From: an uncultured cyanobacterium
Lineage (GTDB): Bacteria; Cyanobacteriota; Cyanobacteriia; Cyanobacteriales; CAWCAG01
Assembly: GCA_963793425.1 (NCBI GenBank)
Contig: CAWCAG010000003.1
Location: 39,085 to 103,084 of the forward strand
Direction of reading: 5' to 3'
DNA: 64,000 nt
Shown here: piece after piece, positions 21,096-30,568 of the stretch
How positions within the stretch are numbered: the stretch's first letter is position 1
Layout of the letters: each line of letters starts with the position of its first letter
The notes under the pieces: model-generated
Databases searched by the model: none
Seen by the model: the letters and a program-made list of their open reading frames with translations, nothing else
What the model was told of the DNA's origin: nothing
Program-made: the position numbers and the translations under genes

Positions 21096-21163
21096 TTATG
21101 TTCATTCCCTCAAACAAAAGCAGCAGAATTTCAGTCTGCTGCTTTATTACCAGTTATTTGCTA

Positions 21164-23371
21164 TCACCGCTTAACGGCAGTACTACGGCTAAAGGTCTTT
21201 TGCTGACAATTAGAGTTAAGGCAGTAAAAACGTGTTTTACCTCTGGGTTTAGTATTTCCGCTACCACAACTAGGGCAATGATATTTAATAGTATCTTGGA
21301 CATCAGACTGCCTGGACAGACTACCGCCTATAGGGAAATCTGTCCGAAATTCTGTCGGGTCAGACATCTCTCTACTAGTAAGTGCTTCAGGATTTACACC
21401 TTCTATCGCTTGTCCGAGTTGGGCAGCGCTTGGACACTTAAATTCGTTGCTACGTTCTTGAGCTAAACTAACAGTATCATAATCAAAAGAATAGCTATCT
21501 AGGCTAGGTAGAAAGAATAGCTTTGGTGAGCGCTCATCTGCAACTAAAACGAGACGGTATTCTTTGGCTTCATTGCCAATTAGTTTGTTTTGATTGATTA
21601 TCCACTCTTCTATATCTTCTAAGGTTGAACCTATCTTTTCTATGTTTTTGTTGCCGAGCTTTTTACCGTACATATCAACATATTCCCTAATCATCTTCGC
21701 TCCAAAGACAATCTCAGTAAAAAGGGTGTTTCTGTCGTTATTGGTGAAGCCTGGTAATACTTTGGTGTTAACTGATTGCCCAGCGATTATGAAGCCCATG
21801 TTAGTGTGGTGAGCTTGTTTTAAACAGGTTTTGAATTTCTCTCCTAACTCTTTGGGGTTACTAGCAGACATGAGGGAATTATCAAATTCATCCCATACCC
21901 ACAAATCAAAGATTTCTTTACGGTAAGCTACGTTCTTTTCTCTATATTTCCATTCTTTTTCAAAGTCAACAAAAGATTGGTGGGAAGCTTCCCAAGTCCG
22001 ATAATGCAAGAAGGGGTCTAGGGGATAGTTTACGTCTTTTTCACTACCATCTCGACCAGGATAGCTCACCTTGATGTTCATCAAAGGGACTTTCCTACCA
22101 GTTGGTTTGTTGGCGACTTTACCACCAATTTTTAACAGGTGAGAAACTAAGACGATGATGGTTGGGCTTTTGCCACTACCAGGTTTAGCTATTAACCTGA
22201 ACCTGTAAGACTGGTTTTCTAGGTACTGTAGAAATTCTTCAGGAGTACCTACTAAATCTTTAATGCTGTCTTGGGTTAGTGCTGGAAGTACCCGAAATGA
22301 GACAACTAAAAGAGCCGATAGTGGTGACTTCTCAAACTTAGTGATTTTATGGATTCCTAAATGTTGAGTCAATCGTTCCTGCTGGCTCTTGATAAAGCTC
22401 AAGATGGCTTCCGGGGAGTGTTTACTTGAGTAGCTAAAGCCAACGCTACTAATCCCGTTGTAATCGCCTTTAAGCCCTTCTAGCTTTAAAGGAATGGTCT
22501 GTTTAGATAAATCCCAAACTTCACGAGCAAATGCCCCTCCGAGTTTAATAATTGGGTCTAATGAGTCTTTGGGGTAATCAGGTTCTAGTAACTCACCATC
22601 TTTTTCTCTTTGTAGGAACTGGATTTGAGTTTCTCGCAGTTTGATAATCTTTCTTAAAGCAAGGGATTCTTCGTTAAATTGATGCCTGAATTTGTGTAGC
22701 AGTTCGTTATAGTTCTCTGCTGCCTGTCTACATCCTTGGGTCTTTAAACGTACCTCATCACGGCATTTGAGAATGATTCGCCGATACTCAGCGTCTAAAG
22801 AGCGCTGCTCCTTGAGCAAATTAAAGTCCTCATGACAAATCTGCTGAATATTTGTTTGCTTGATACGGGCTACTTCTGAGGCAATTTCTTCACTCAAGTC
22901 TTCTTCGTATTTCTTCGCCCATTCGGTAAGCTCAGAGTTTAAAGAGTCTATTTTTTCTTGGTTAGAGGCTATCGCCCGCTTTAGTTTCTCAATGTTAAAT
23001 TTCAGATTATCAATTTGCTGAGTCTGTACATTAGCGAATAACCCTACTTGTTCTAATTTCTTTTTCTTACCTTGGAGTTGAGCTTTGTGATACTTTAAAT
23101 CCCCTAAAAGCTCCTCATTTTTCATCTCTAGTCTGTAGAGCCTATTTAACTCTATTTTCTTCTCAGCTAGCGCCCTATCAACCTTAGAAAACTTTTTGGT
23201 AGCACGCTCATCCATTAAAAAACTAGCTATACCCGCAGCAGGTAATGCCCCTAATACAGAAGCCGCCGCTATTTTCCCAGGAGAGGTAGTTACTGCTGCT
23301 CCAAACAGAAAACCGATGGCGGCACTACAAGAAATACCGCCAATTGTTAGAATTAAATCTTCTTTTTTCAT
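21164..23371 (-). CDS. Membrane-anchored coiled-coil P-loop ATPase with C-terminal zinc ribbon, possibly FtsK/HerA-like (copy A)
   Basis: Two N-terminal hydrophobic segments, long coiled coil, AKPGSGKS, WVWDEFD, IIAGQS, CPSCGS...C....C. Confidence 0.75.
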   Translation of the reverse strand: MKKEDLILTIGGISCSAAIGFLFGAAVTTSPGKIAAASVLGALPAAGIASFLMDERATKKFSKVDRALAEKKIELNRLYRLEMKNEELLGDLKYHKAQLQGKKKKLEQVGLFANVQTQQIDNLKFNIEKLKRAIASNQEKIDSLNSELTEWAKKYEEDLSEEIASEVARIKQTNIQQICHEDFNLLKEQRSLDAEYRRIILKCRDEVRLKTQGCRQAAENYNELLHKFRHQFNEESLALRKIIKLRETQIQFLQREKDGELLEPDYPKDSLDPIIKLGGAFAREVWDLSKQTIPLKLEGLKGDYNGISSVGFSYSSKHSPEAILSFIKSQQERLTQHLGIHKITKFEKSPLSALLVVSFRVLPALTQDSIKDLVGTPEEFLQYLENQSYRFRLIAKPGSGKSPTIIVLVSHLLKIGGKVANKPTGRKVPLMNIKVSYPGRDGSEKDVNYPLDPFLHYRTWEASHQSFVDFEKEWKYREKNVAYRKEIFDLWVWDEFDNSLMSASNPKELGEKFKTCLKQAHHTNMGFIIAGQSVNTKVLPGFTNNDRNTLFTEIVFGAKMIREYVDMYGKKLGNKNIEKIGSTLEDIEEWIINQNKLIGNEAKEYRLVLVADERSPKLFFLPSLDSYSFDYDTVSLAQERSNEFKCPSAAQLGQAIEGVNPEALTSREMSDPTEFRTDFPIGGSLSRQSDVQDTIKYHCPSCGSGNTKPRGKTRFYCLNSNCQQKTFSRSTAVKR

Positions 23372-23547
23372 TGTTTTTTAGCCCCTAGTGATAACAGGGG
23401 CTACTCCTTGATTACACCAAATCAACTCATCAAAAACCAAATAAAAAGTCAACGAGAATTTCTCAAACCAAAAGTACCTCTAGCCTTAACCTTTACCCTT
23501 TACCCCTTCCCCTTTCTTCACCCGTCAATCGAAAATTGACAAACAGA

Positions 23548-24210
23548 TCACCCATACTCACCTAACTTCTTTTGAAAAAGCTCCAATTCACCATCCAACT
23601 CATTGAGTTTGGTTTGGCTATCTTCTAGTTGATTAACCTGAATCTGTAACTCCAGGGCTAACTGCCCTTTGCTGATGGCGTTAGAGGCTATATCTTTGTA
23701 AGTTTTGGCTCTATTGAGGTCGTAGGCTATCGCTGCTTGTTTAGTGCCTTCTATATCGCTCTGTAGCCCGATATAATTACCTTTTGATTGCTCAATAGTA
23801 CGTTGGGTCGAAATGGCTGTGTTGAAAGCTTTGGCTCTGTCTCCAATAGCTCCATAAATGCTATTGTCGAGCTTGTATTTCTGGCGATGTAAGTCAACGG
23901 CATAGTTAGCCATCTCGTATTTGGTAGAGGCTTTGCTGTAAGTAGCTTTTGTTACTCCAGGAAGGCTCTCCGGAGGATTGAGCGGGTCATCAACCTCATA
24001 GTCTTTTAAAGGAAATTCAGGGGTATTAAATGAGGCATCAGCTAAATTAAATTCTGAAATACCTGGTATTTCGACCTTTCCAGATTTGATTATCTCTTCT
24101 GTTTTGAAAGGCGCTTTCCCTCGTCTCACTTCTTTAGTGCCTTGTCTAGTCAGGGTATTAGCTATTTTTGCAGCCCTGGTAGAAATAATTCCTGTAGATT
24201 TTTCAGCCAT
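23548..24210 (-). CDS. Hypothetical 220-aa protein with coiled-coil C-terminus (copy A)
   Basis: Closely similar paralog at 50305..50967. Confidence 0.8.
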   Translation of the reverse strand: MAEKSTGIISTRAAKIANTLTRQGTKEVRRGKAPFKTEEIIKSGKVEIPGISEFNLADASFNTPEFPLKDYEVDDPLNPPESLPGVTKATYSKASTKYEMANYAVDLHRQKYKLDNSIYGAIGDRAKAFNTAISTQRTIEQSKGNYIGLQSDIEGTKQAAIAYDLNRAKTYKDIASNAISKGQLALELQIQVNQLEDSQTKLNELDGELELFQKKLGEYG

Positions 24211-24386
24211 GATTTCCTGTTGCTAATAAGGGTGTTCGCTTTGATCTCAAGTTTGCGATGGCGCTCATCAAGTTCAAAGAGTTTTTGGTCTAGCCATTCC
24301 TCAAATTTGAATTCTTCTAAGCCATCTTCAATCTGCTCTAAGTCAGCTTCAGGAGGGGATTCAGTTGGTTCTGGGAGATTATTCAT
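24162..24386 (-). CDS. Hypothetical 74-aa protein (copy A)
   Basis: Paralog at 50129..50353 with the same overlaps to neighbouring genes. Confidence 0.75.
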   Translation of the reverse strand: MNNLPEPTESPPEADLEQIEDGLEEFKFEEWLDQKLFELDERHRKLEIKANTLISNRKSWLKNLQELFLPGLQK

Positions 24387-24612
24387 CTAGTCCCTCCCGT
24401 TTACGCTGTAATGCCTGTATTTTCTGGTCGAGTTCTGCTTGTTTTTTTTCTAAGGATGATAGGGATTCATCAAGCCAGTCTGGTGGTTGTGTCATTGCTT
24501 CTACTTCTTGATTGAGTTGTTGAAGTCTTTGCTCTAACTCTGGGGTTGTGGGAGGGGATGAATAAAGGTCCTCTAGCCTCTTTTTGTTTTCATTCAGTTC
24601 TTCTGGGGTCAT
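24379..24612 (-). CDS. Hypothetical 77-aa coiled-coil protein (copy A)
   Basis: Paralog at 49903..50136 (MTPEELNE...). Confidence 0.75.
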   Translation of the reverse strand: MTPEELNENKKRLEDLYSSPPTTPELEQRLQQLNQEVEAMTQPPDWLDESLSSLEKKQAELDQKIQALQRKREGLDE

Positions 24613-24689
24613 AATTAACGCTCTTGAGCTAATAGCTAGGGTTTACTGAGTATTCAAAACCAAACATATATCTCCCCAACTGTTTTTCT

Positions 24690-24848
24690 TTAGCGTCCAG
24701 CCCCTCTACACTGAGACGGTTGGGCTGTTAGAGGCACTGAGTCACTATTATTAGCCCAAAATACTGTTATTACCGCTATTCCTAGAGCTAGGGCTATACA
24801 GCCTACCCCGTATAACGTTTTAATGCCTGGGTATTTTCTTTTATTCAT
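24690..24848 (-). CDS. 52-aa signal-peptide microprotein ending CRGAGR, PatX/PatS-like (copy A)
   Basis: Translated by hand: MNKRKYPGIKTLYGVGCIALALGIAVITVFWANNSDSVPLTAQPSQCRGAGR*. The C-terminus is conserved with 49704..49826 through synonymous changes. Confidence 0.8.
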   Translation of the reverse strand: MNKRKYPGIKTLYGVGCIALALGIAVITVFWANNSDSVPLTAQPSQCRGAGR

Positions 24849-24885
24849 TGCTATGATTAGGTTTGAGTGAGTTAAGTTAATGAGC

Positions 24886-25080
24886 TTACGCTGCTTGTTT
24901 TGCTTGCTCAGAGGTGGCAGTTAGTTTAGAGCTAGCTGTCACCAATTTTTCTTGGTACTCTGCTATGTGGTAGAGCAGTTCCTCGATAGCGGGGTCGTCG
25001 TAGAAGCGTTGTAACTCTTGAAGTTGGGCTATTACTTCTCCGAGCTTGATAGAAGTCGTGTTAATTAGGTTTGTGTTCAT
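24886..25080 (-). CDS. Hypothetical 64-aa helical protein (copy A)
   Basis: Paralog at 49468..49665 (EELL.HIA.YQ.KLVT...QAA). Confidence 0.75.
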   Translation of the reverse strand: MNTNLINTTSIKLGEVIAQLQELQRFYDDPAIEELLYHIAEYQEKLVTASSKLTATSEQAKQAA

Positions 25081-25105
25081 TTCAGGCTAAAGTGATGGTT
25101 CGTTT

Positions 25106-25225
25106 TTAGTTTTTCGGTTGAACATTATTAATCTGCTGATTAGTACTTCCATCAATGAAATAGCCACCTGCTATCCCTACACCCAATAGCAATAGAGTAA
25201 GGAGCAGCATGATGATTACTTCCCC
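25106..25225 (-). CDS. -1-frame transmembrane extension of 25216..25977, or a separate small ORF
   Basis: GEVIIMLLLTLLLLGVGIAGGYFIDGSTNQQINNVQPKN* overlaps the GK* end of the upstream gene; homologous to 49274..49375. Confidence 0.65.
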   Translation of the reverse strand, partial: GEVIIMLLLTLLLLGVGIAGGYFIDGSTNQQINNVQPKN

Positions 25226-25977
25226 ACTAAGGAATTGAGGCTTTTTAACATTTCCCCCATCTGGTCAAGGGTCGCTTGGTTGGTATCCTTAGAAGCTTGG
25301 GCTTGTTGGCTCATCTCATGAAGTTTGGCAAGCTGGGTAATTTGGTTTTGTGCTGCCTGTGTTTGAGCGGCTACTTGGTTCGCTTCCTCTATCTGTTGAT
25401 GCGTCCTCGCTGTTGCTACCTCGATTAAGTCTTGCAGCTTGTCGTTGATTGATTTTTGTTTCAATATTTCGGGGGTGTCAACCTGTACTATTTCTGCATT
25501 TAGTACTGGTAGTTCTGGTAGGTCTGGGACTTCGATTTGATAGGGGTTAATAGCTTCTGAACACTCGCTTTCGGGGATTTGCTGTGCTTCAGGGTAAGTC
25601 GCTAAATGCTCACTAATTGGTAGATTTTCTATAAATTCCTTGGGGCTAACTCCAGATTCTTTTTGCTCATTCATTAGTTGAACCAAAGTGTTGAAGCCAT
25701 TCTCACTAATTTTTCTGCCGATATAGAACTCATACCCACTAGTTTCTAGGGGTTTAAGCCAGGTTTTGGTTAGATTCTGGCGAGTGGTTTGTAAAAAACT
25801 GGCAACTGCACTTTTGGTTGCGGGAAATTCAGGCAGACTTTGGTTCCCTCTAGTTACGTTTTTGGTTGCATCTGGTTGCTTGCAACTGGGACGTAACCCG
25901 CTTGTAACTGTTGCATCTTGGTTGCAGTTTCCAGTTTCAAATTCTTTAAATTCATTCACATCAATCTCTTTAGCCAT
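25216..25977 (-). CDS. Putative HTH and coiled-coil protein, first gene of the operon (copy A)
   Basis: TKSAVASFLQTTRQNLTKTW HTH-like segment; Q-rich coiled coil ending GK*; distant paralog at 48528. Confidence 0.7.
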   Translation of the reverse strand: MAKEIDVNEFKEFETGNCNQDATVTSGLRPSCKQPDATKNVTRGNQSLPEFPATKSAVASFLQTTRQNLTKTWLKPLETSGYEFYIGRKISENGFNTLVQLMNEQKESGVSPKEFIENLPISEHLATYPEAQQIPESECSEAINPYQIEVPDLPELPVLNAEIVQVDTPEILKQKSINDKLQDLIEVATARTHQQIEEANQVAAQTQAAQNQITQLAKLHEMSQQAQASKDTNQATLDQMGEMLKSLNSLVGK

Positions 25978-26142
25978 AGTTACTTCATTTTCCTCTTCGA
26001 TTTACCCACAGTTTCCTCTCTTAATCGTAATTGCAGTATAGTTGCATGGCGATTGCAGTGTCAAGACACAACAAAGATTTTTCTATGATAAAACTAAGAT
26101 GTATTTACCCTGCAATAGCCATGTAAAGATAGGATAGTAAAG

Positions 26143-26430
26143 ATGAAGATTGATACGATACACCCAAAAATGGCTACAGAAGGACTAAGACTAACCGTAG
26201 TTTTGAGCGATTTTGCCTCTAGGCGGCTAATCTGGTGGGCTAAAACCCACGACAAGACTAAATCAGCATACGCGGCTCAAATAATTGAGGCGAGAGTAGA
26301 ATCTGATATCTCAACGATCGAAGCCTCAATTAATCAATGCGCTCAAGACAGGGGAATTAGCCCCGATAAACTTAAAGAAGAATGGTTGTTAGAAGATAAC
26401 TATCTAGAACTAAAAAGAGAGGGTGAATAA
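26143..26430 (+). CDS. Small ribbon-helix-helix-like regulator divergent from the operon
   Basis: RLTVVLSDFASRRLIWWA...KSAYAAQIIE strand-helix-helix pattern; occupies the same position as 46959..47183. Confidence 0.55.
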   Translation: MKIDTIHPKMATEGLRLTVVLSDFASRRLIWWAKTHDKTKSAYAAQIIEARVESDISTIEASINQCAQDRGISPDKLKEEWLLEDNYLELKREGE

Positions 26431-26667
26431 ATCATCAATATTCCAATTAACAAGGGGGAACCGTGATGAGCGTTAAATGTTTAGACAAACTAGAGAATTC
26501 GTTAGAGATAACGAAGTGATTGTCAATTTCTAGCGCTTGAATAGTTGAAAGGAATGGACAGTAAAAAGTGAAATAGATTTAGATAGTTAGATTAGCGCAA
26601 TCTTGCTTATCGTAGGGAATTAAGCAATAGCACAGGCTTGCAAATAGTCTATAATTACAATCAACAT

Positions 26668-26775
26668 AAAAAAGCCCCAGTGCAATGCACTAGGACTGGA
26701 CTAAAAACCCTAAAAGCCGAAAACTTTTAGGCGCTAATGAAGAATTTTGAGATTGAGACCCTCTTTAATTCTTTA
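26668..26775 (-). ncRNA. Candidate antisense copy-control RNA in the rep leader (copy A)
   Basis: Hairpin CCTAAAAG/CTTTTAGG, plus a hairpin followed by a T-run on the strand antisense to rep; conserved at about 46605-46725. Confidence 0.45.
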
Positions 26776-27055
26776 TTTGACGCACAAAAATGCGTCTACA
26801 TATATTTTCTAATGTAATACACTACAGAGTGGTTTAGCAATTACTATGCAGTAACAAAATTAGGATAAGCGCTTAAAGGACAGGGCTTTTGGGATTTCGC
26901 AAAATTTTTACCCAAAATGCCAGAATCAAAATTTAGTACAAATATCACCAATCTTGGGGGCGCTGAACAGTGAGCCTGACCCCCAAACAAAGCCAGAAAC
27001 TAACAGAAAGTGCGCTCATCCTGGCTCTCCAGGAAAATAGAGGGGGGCAAATCAA

Positions 27056-30000
27056 ATGATTTACTCTCCTAGCAAGCAAAGGTTAATTCCTACTAACCGC
27101 TTTAACCCTTGCCCCGTATGCTCCGACATCTCTGGCGATTGTCGCCACGGTGAAAACGAACTAATCCTTTGCCATACATACATAGATGGAGGGGTAGATG
27201 CCCCTGGCTATGAGTTCAAAAAGTCCGGGAAATTGGGAAATTGGGGAGTTTATGCCCCACCCAGAGAAGCTAAAGACTGGTTGCCCAAAGAACTCTGGAT
27301 TAGACAGCAGCAGCAATTAAGAGCCAAGCTTGAAGCTGACAAACGCCGCCAGTACCAAGAGGCTCTATCAGTCTTCGAGCGGGATAAAGCGATTAGGAAA
27401 ATTGCTAAGTCATTGGGCTTGAAGGCTGAACATAGAGAAGACTTAAAGCACCGTGGTTTAAATGATGACCAGATTGAGCTTGGACTATTCTTCTCAATTA
27501 CCCCTTATGCTCCTGTCCCCTCTGATATCCCCTCTAATCTTCCTGGAATAGGTCACGGGGGTAAATTACTTTCTAATTCCTCTGGTTACGCCTGTGTAGC
27601 CTTCGACAATCACAGAAAGGCTATTGGGTGGCAAATCAGAGTAGATGGTGCTACAGAAGCTGGCAAGTACCGATGGGCTAAAGGTTTAAAATCTAGCCAC
27701 TTAAAGAATGGGGAACTCCCCTTAACCGTAGTAGGAGAAGATGCCGAAGAAACTAATAGAGTCCATTTAACAGAAGGATTCTTAAAACCCTATATTGCCC
27801 AATCCAAACACGGTGGTAAATGGCTAGGCAGCCCTGGAGGTAACTTCTCTGGCTCTCCAGAACAGTTCAAATTAGCCACAGCCAAAGCTGAAATTGCCAT
27901 CATTTACCCTGACGCTGGAGACGTACTTAACCCCCACGTCATGAAGCGCTGGCGAAACCAAATTGGCTTTGCCCAGAATCGAGGCTTGAAAGTCCTAATC
28001 GCCTGGTGGGGTCAAGTTAGTAAAGAATTATGGCTAGATATTGATGAGATAAAGCCGGGGCAAACGGTTAAGTACCTATCCCCAGAAGAGTTCTATCAAC
28101 TATCTCAAATACAGAAGAAGAAAAAAGAAGATTGGGATAGGTGGATTAAATCCCGTCGGCTATCCCCCCATACCAGACAAAAGCAACGTTTTGTTAAGAT
28201 TTCTCCCTTAGCTGAAGCAAAGGCAATTTTAGTAAAATCTGGCACTGGTACAGGAAAAACCCATGAAATAAAAAGAATTATTAAGGAGAATCCCAACAAA
28301 GGGTTTTTAAGTATTGGTTACAGAAATGGGCCATTGCTTCAATTTTGTATTGAGTCGGGATTTTATCATCTTCAATCAGAGTTAAAGAACCAGGATGAAT
28401 ATGCTCTTATTCATGACCCTAGAAGCTGTATCGCTTTTTGCCTACACTCAATTCTCCATTTTTCCCCTGAAGATTTTGATGACAGGATATTAATTCTTGA
28501 TGAAATTGTTAGTATCTTACGTTCACTCGCTAAAGATAAAAATCTTCGGTTTAAGTCCAGGGTTAAAGCTCTTCTCATTGAAGCACTAACGAGGGCATCA
28601 AAGATATATTGCCTTGACGGGCATCTGACCAATAAAGAAGTTAGACTAATTGGCTCTGTTCTTGGAGAAGAGGCCCTCACTTCGGTTATTGAAAATAGTT
28701 TCACTGGCCACAGACCACAAACAAAATTCATCACAAACAGCAGAAACGAGAACGGGGAACTAGTAGAGCCGGACAAAAGCGAAGTTCTCAAAGCCATTCT
28801 CAATCTCCCAGAAGGAGTCAATATTGCTGTTTGTAGTGACAACCAGAAGGAGCTAGAAGCCCTTGATAACAAACTTAAAGCTAGGGGCATAAGAACTTTC
28901 AGGCTCGACTCAACTAAAGCCGGAACCAAACAAGCTAGGCAATTTTATGCCGATAGTCCCGGTTATCTGGTTAAGCATAGGATACAAGTTTTGCTGTATT
29001 CCCCTAGTGGTGAAGCTGGCTTAAACATTGATATTAAAGGGTATTTTAGTGAAATATATGCTCTATTTTATGGTGTGCTTTCAACTAACCAACAGATGCA
29101 GCTAATTGCTAGGGTCAGAGATAAGGACGCAGCCCTCATCGTCGTACCTGCGACCAGGGCAGTTAGCAACGACGAGGTATCCGATTCTTTTATTCCTGAT
29201 GAAGTCAAACAAGCTTGGGAAGAATATGCGATTCTCAATGGTGAAGCTGTATTAGATGGCGTGGACTCTAAAGAACAATACCTTAAGCTCATGCAACAGA
29301 TGATGAGTGCTTACGATGATGAGTTTTATGTCTATGAATGCCAACTTAGAGCGGCTGAGAATTACGAACGCCAAAACCTAAAACAGTGCCTGCGCTACGC
29401 TCTAGAAGATTCTGGCTACCCTGTTACCGACGTTATTGTCCAGAAATATAATGAGGTTACTAAAGGTATAGCCGAGGAGAAAAAAGCAGTGGAACAAGCC
29501 AATGCCACTCAAGAGTTTCATTCTCCATATATGACAACCGAGGAAGCTAACGAAAAGTCTCGCGATATCTCCGCAACAGTTGAGCAAAAGGCTGCTGTTA
29601 AAAAGCGTAGGCTGTTAGACAGACTGCCGGGAATCGAAGAGAAAACTATCATCACCAGCGAGACTGTTGAGGCTACTAATTCTCAGACAGGGGAAGTAGA
29701 AGAGAAAGAGGTAAAAGTTGAAAAACCTGCTTTTTCTCCTGAAACTATCTTGAGGCTTGAAGACAAAAGTAAAAGGCTAATCTCTAAACAAGAACTCCGG
29801 TTTTTTGTTGATCACCCAGAAATGGCCCTTCTGTTGGACAGACACAAACTCTTTCAGAAATTCAACTTCTTTACTGACCCTGAATCTAATGGTTACGGTT
29901 TGGGAGTATCCCCAATTGAGTTTAGGTCGAAAACTCTTCTGGTTAAAACCCTCATTGAAATGGGTATCAAGGATTTCCTAGAGCCGGGAACCTCTTGGAA

Positions 30001-30493
30001 CCAAAAAGACCAAAGAGTCCTTGATTTCCAGCGAAAAGGTAGAAAGAACTGGCGAAAACTTAGGTTCAAGGTAGGCAAATATACACCTGTTCAATACCTC
30101 AATAAAGCTATCCGGATGCTTGGGTTCCAGATTCAGAGACGCAAGGTTAAAGGGGAGAGGACATATTCAATTAAGGATGAACTTGGTTCTCTTGAATCAG
30201 TCGTTTATCAATGTGTAACACAGAGGATTGAGGATAAAGTGTCTCAATCTTCCCCAGACTTTCAATTCATCCTTAATCGAATTAAACCCCCTATACCAGA
30301 GGACGTTGAAGATGCCGCAGATATTCTTGCCCAGATAAACACCTTTGAAGACTTCCAGGAAATTCTCTACCCCACAGGGGAACTCGCTCAAGGCTTCAGC
30401 GCTAATCTAATGAGAAAAGCTACAAAGCTCTTAGAGAAGAGTAAACAAGCGATGATTGCTCAATGGCTCTGGACAATTAAAGCCCCTACTTAA
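27056..30493 (+). CDS. Plasmid replication primase-helicase (zinc finger, Toprim-like and SF2 helicase domains; CyRepA-like)
   Basis: NPCPVC...DC...LCH, HLTEGFLKP, YPDAGD, KSGTGTGKT, LILDE, QLIARVR. Confidence 0.8.
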   Translation: MIYSPSKQRLIPTNRFNPCPVCSDISGDCRHGENELILCHTYIDGGVDAPGYEFKKSGKLGNWGVYAPPREAKDWLPKELWIRQQQQLRAKLEADKRRQYQEALSVFERDKAIRKIAKSLGLKAEHREDLKHRGLNDDQIELGLFFSITPYAPVPSDIPSNLPGIGHGGKLLSNSSGYACVAFDNHRKAIGWQIRVDGATEAGKYRWAKGLKSSHLKNGELPLTVVGEDAEETNRVHLTEGFLKPYIAQSKHGGKWLGSPGGNFSGSPEQFKLATAKAEIAIIYPDAGDVLNPHVMKRWRNQIGFAQNRGLKVLIAWWGQVSKELWLDIDEIKPGQTVKYLSPEEFYQLSQIQKKKKEDWDRWIKSRRLSPHTRQKQRFVKISPLAEAKAILVKSGTGTGKTHEIKRIIKENPNKGFLSIGYRNGPLLQFCIESGFYHLQSELKNQDEYALIHDPRSCIAFCLHSILHFSPEDFDDRILILDEIVSILRSLAKDKNLRFKSRVKALLIEALTRASKIYCLDGHLTNKEVRLIGSVLGEEALTSVIENSFTGHRPQTKFITNSRNENGELVEPDKSEVLKAILNLPEGVNIAVCSDNQKELEALDNKLKARGIRTFRLDSTKAGTKQARQFYADSPGYLVKHRIQVLLYSPSGEAGLNIDIKGYFSEIYALFYGVLSTNQQMQLIARVRDKDAALIVVPATRAVSNDEVSDSFIPDEVKQAWEEYAILNGEAVLDGVDSKEQYLKLMQQMMSAYDDEFYVYECQLRAAENYERQNLKQCLRYALEDSGYPVTDVIVQKYNEVTKGIAEEKKAVEQANATQEFHSPYMTTEEANEKSRDISATVEQKAAVKKRRLLDRLPGIEEKTIITSETVEATNSQTGEVEEKEVKVEKPAFSPETILRLEDKSKRLISKQELRFFVDHPEMALLLDRHKLFQKFNFFTDPESNGYGLGVSPIEFRSKTLLVKTLIEMGIKDFLEPGTSWNQKDQRVLDFQRKGRKNWRKLRFKVGKYTPVQYLNKAIRMLGFQIQRRKVKGERTYSIKDELGSLESVVYQCVTQRIEDKVSQSSPDFQFILNRIKPPIPEDVEDAADILAQINTFEDFQEILYPTGELAQGFSANLMRKATKLLEKSKQAMIAQWLWTIKAPT

Positions 30494-30568
30494 CACCCAA
30501 ATAATCAAATACAATGAATTGGAGATGGAGACATCCCCTACTTTGTTGTGTCTGTATATGTGAAATTG

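Noticed and set aside
20616..30493. Prophage or phage satellite
   Set aside because: No capsid, terminase, portal or tail genes. Par, Rep, relaxase and TA content indicates a plasmid, and the GGGAAAG site is not next to a tape-measure gene.
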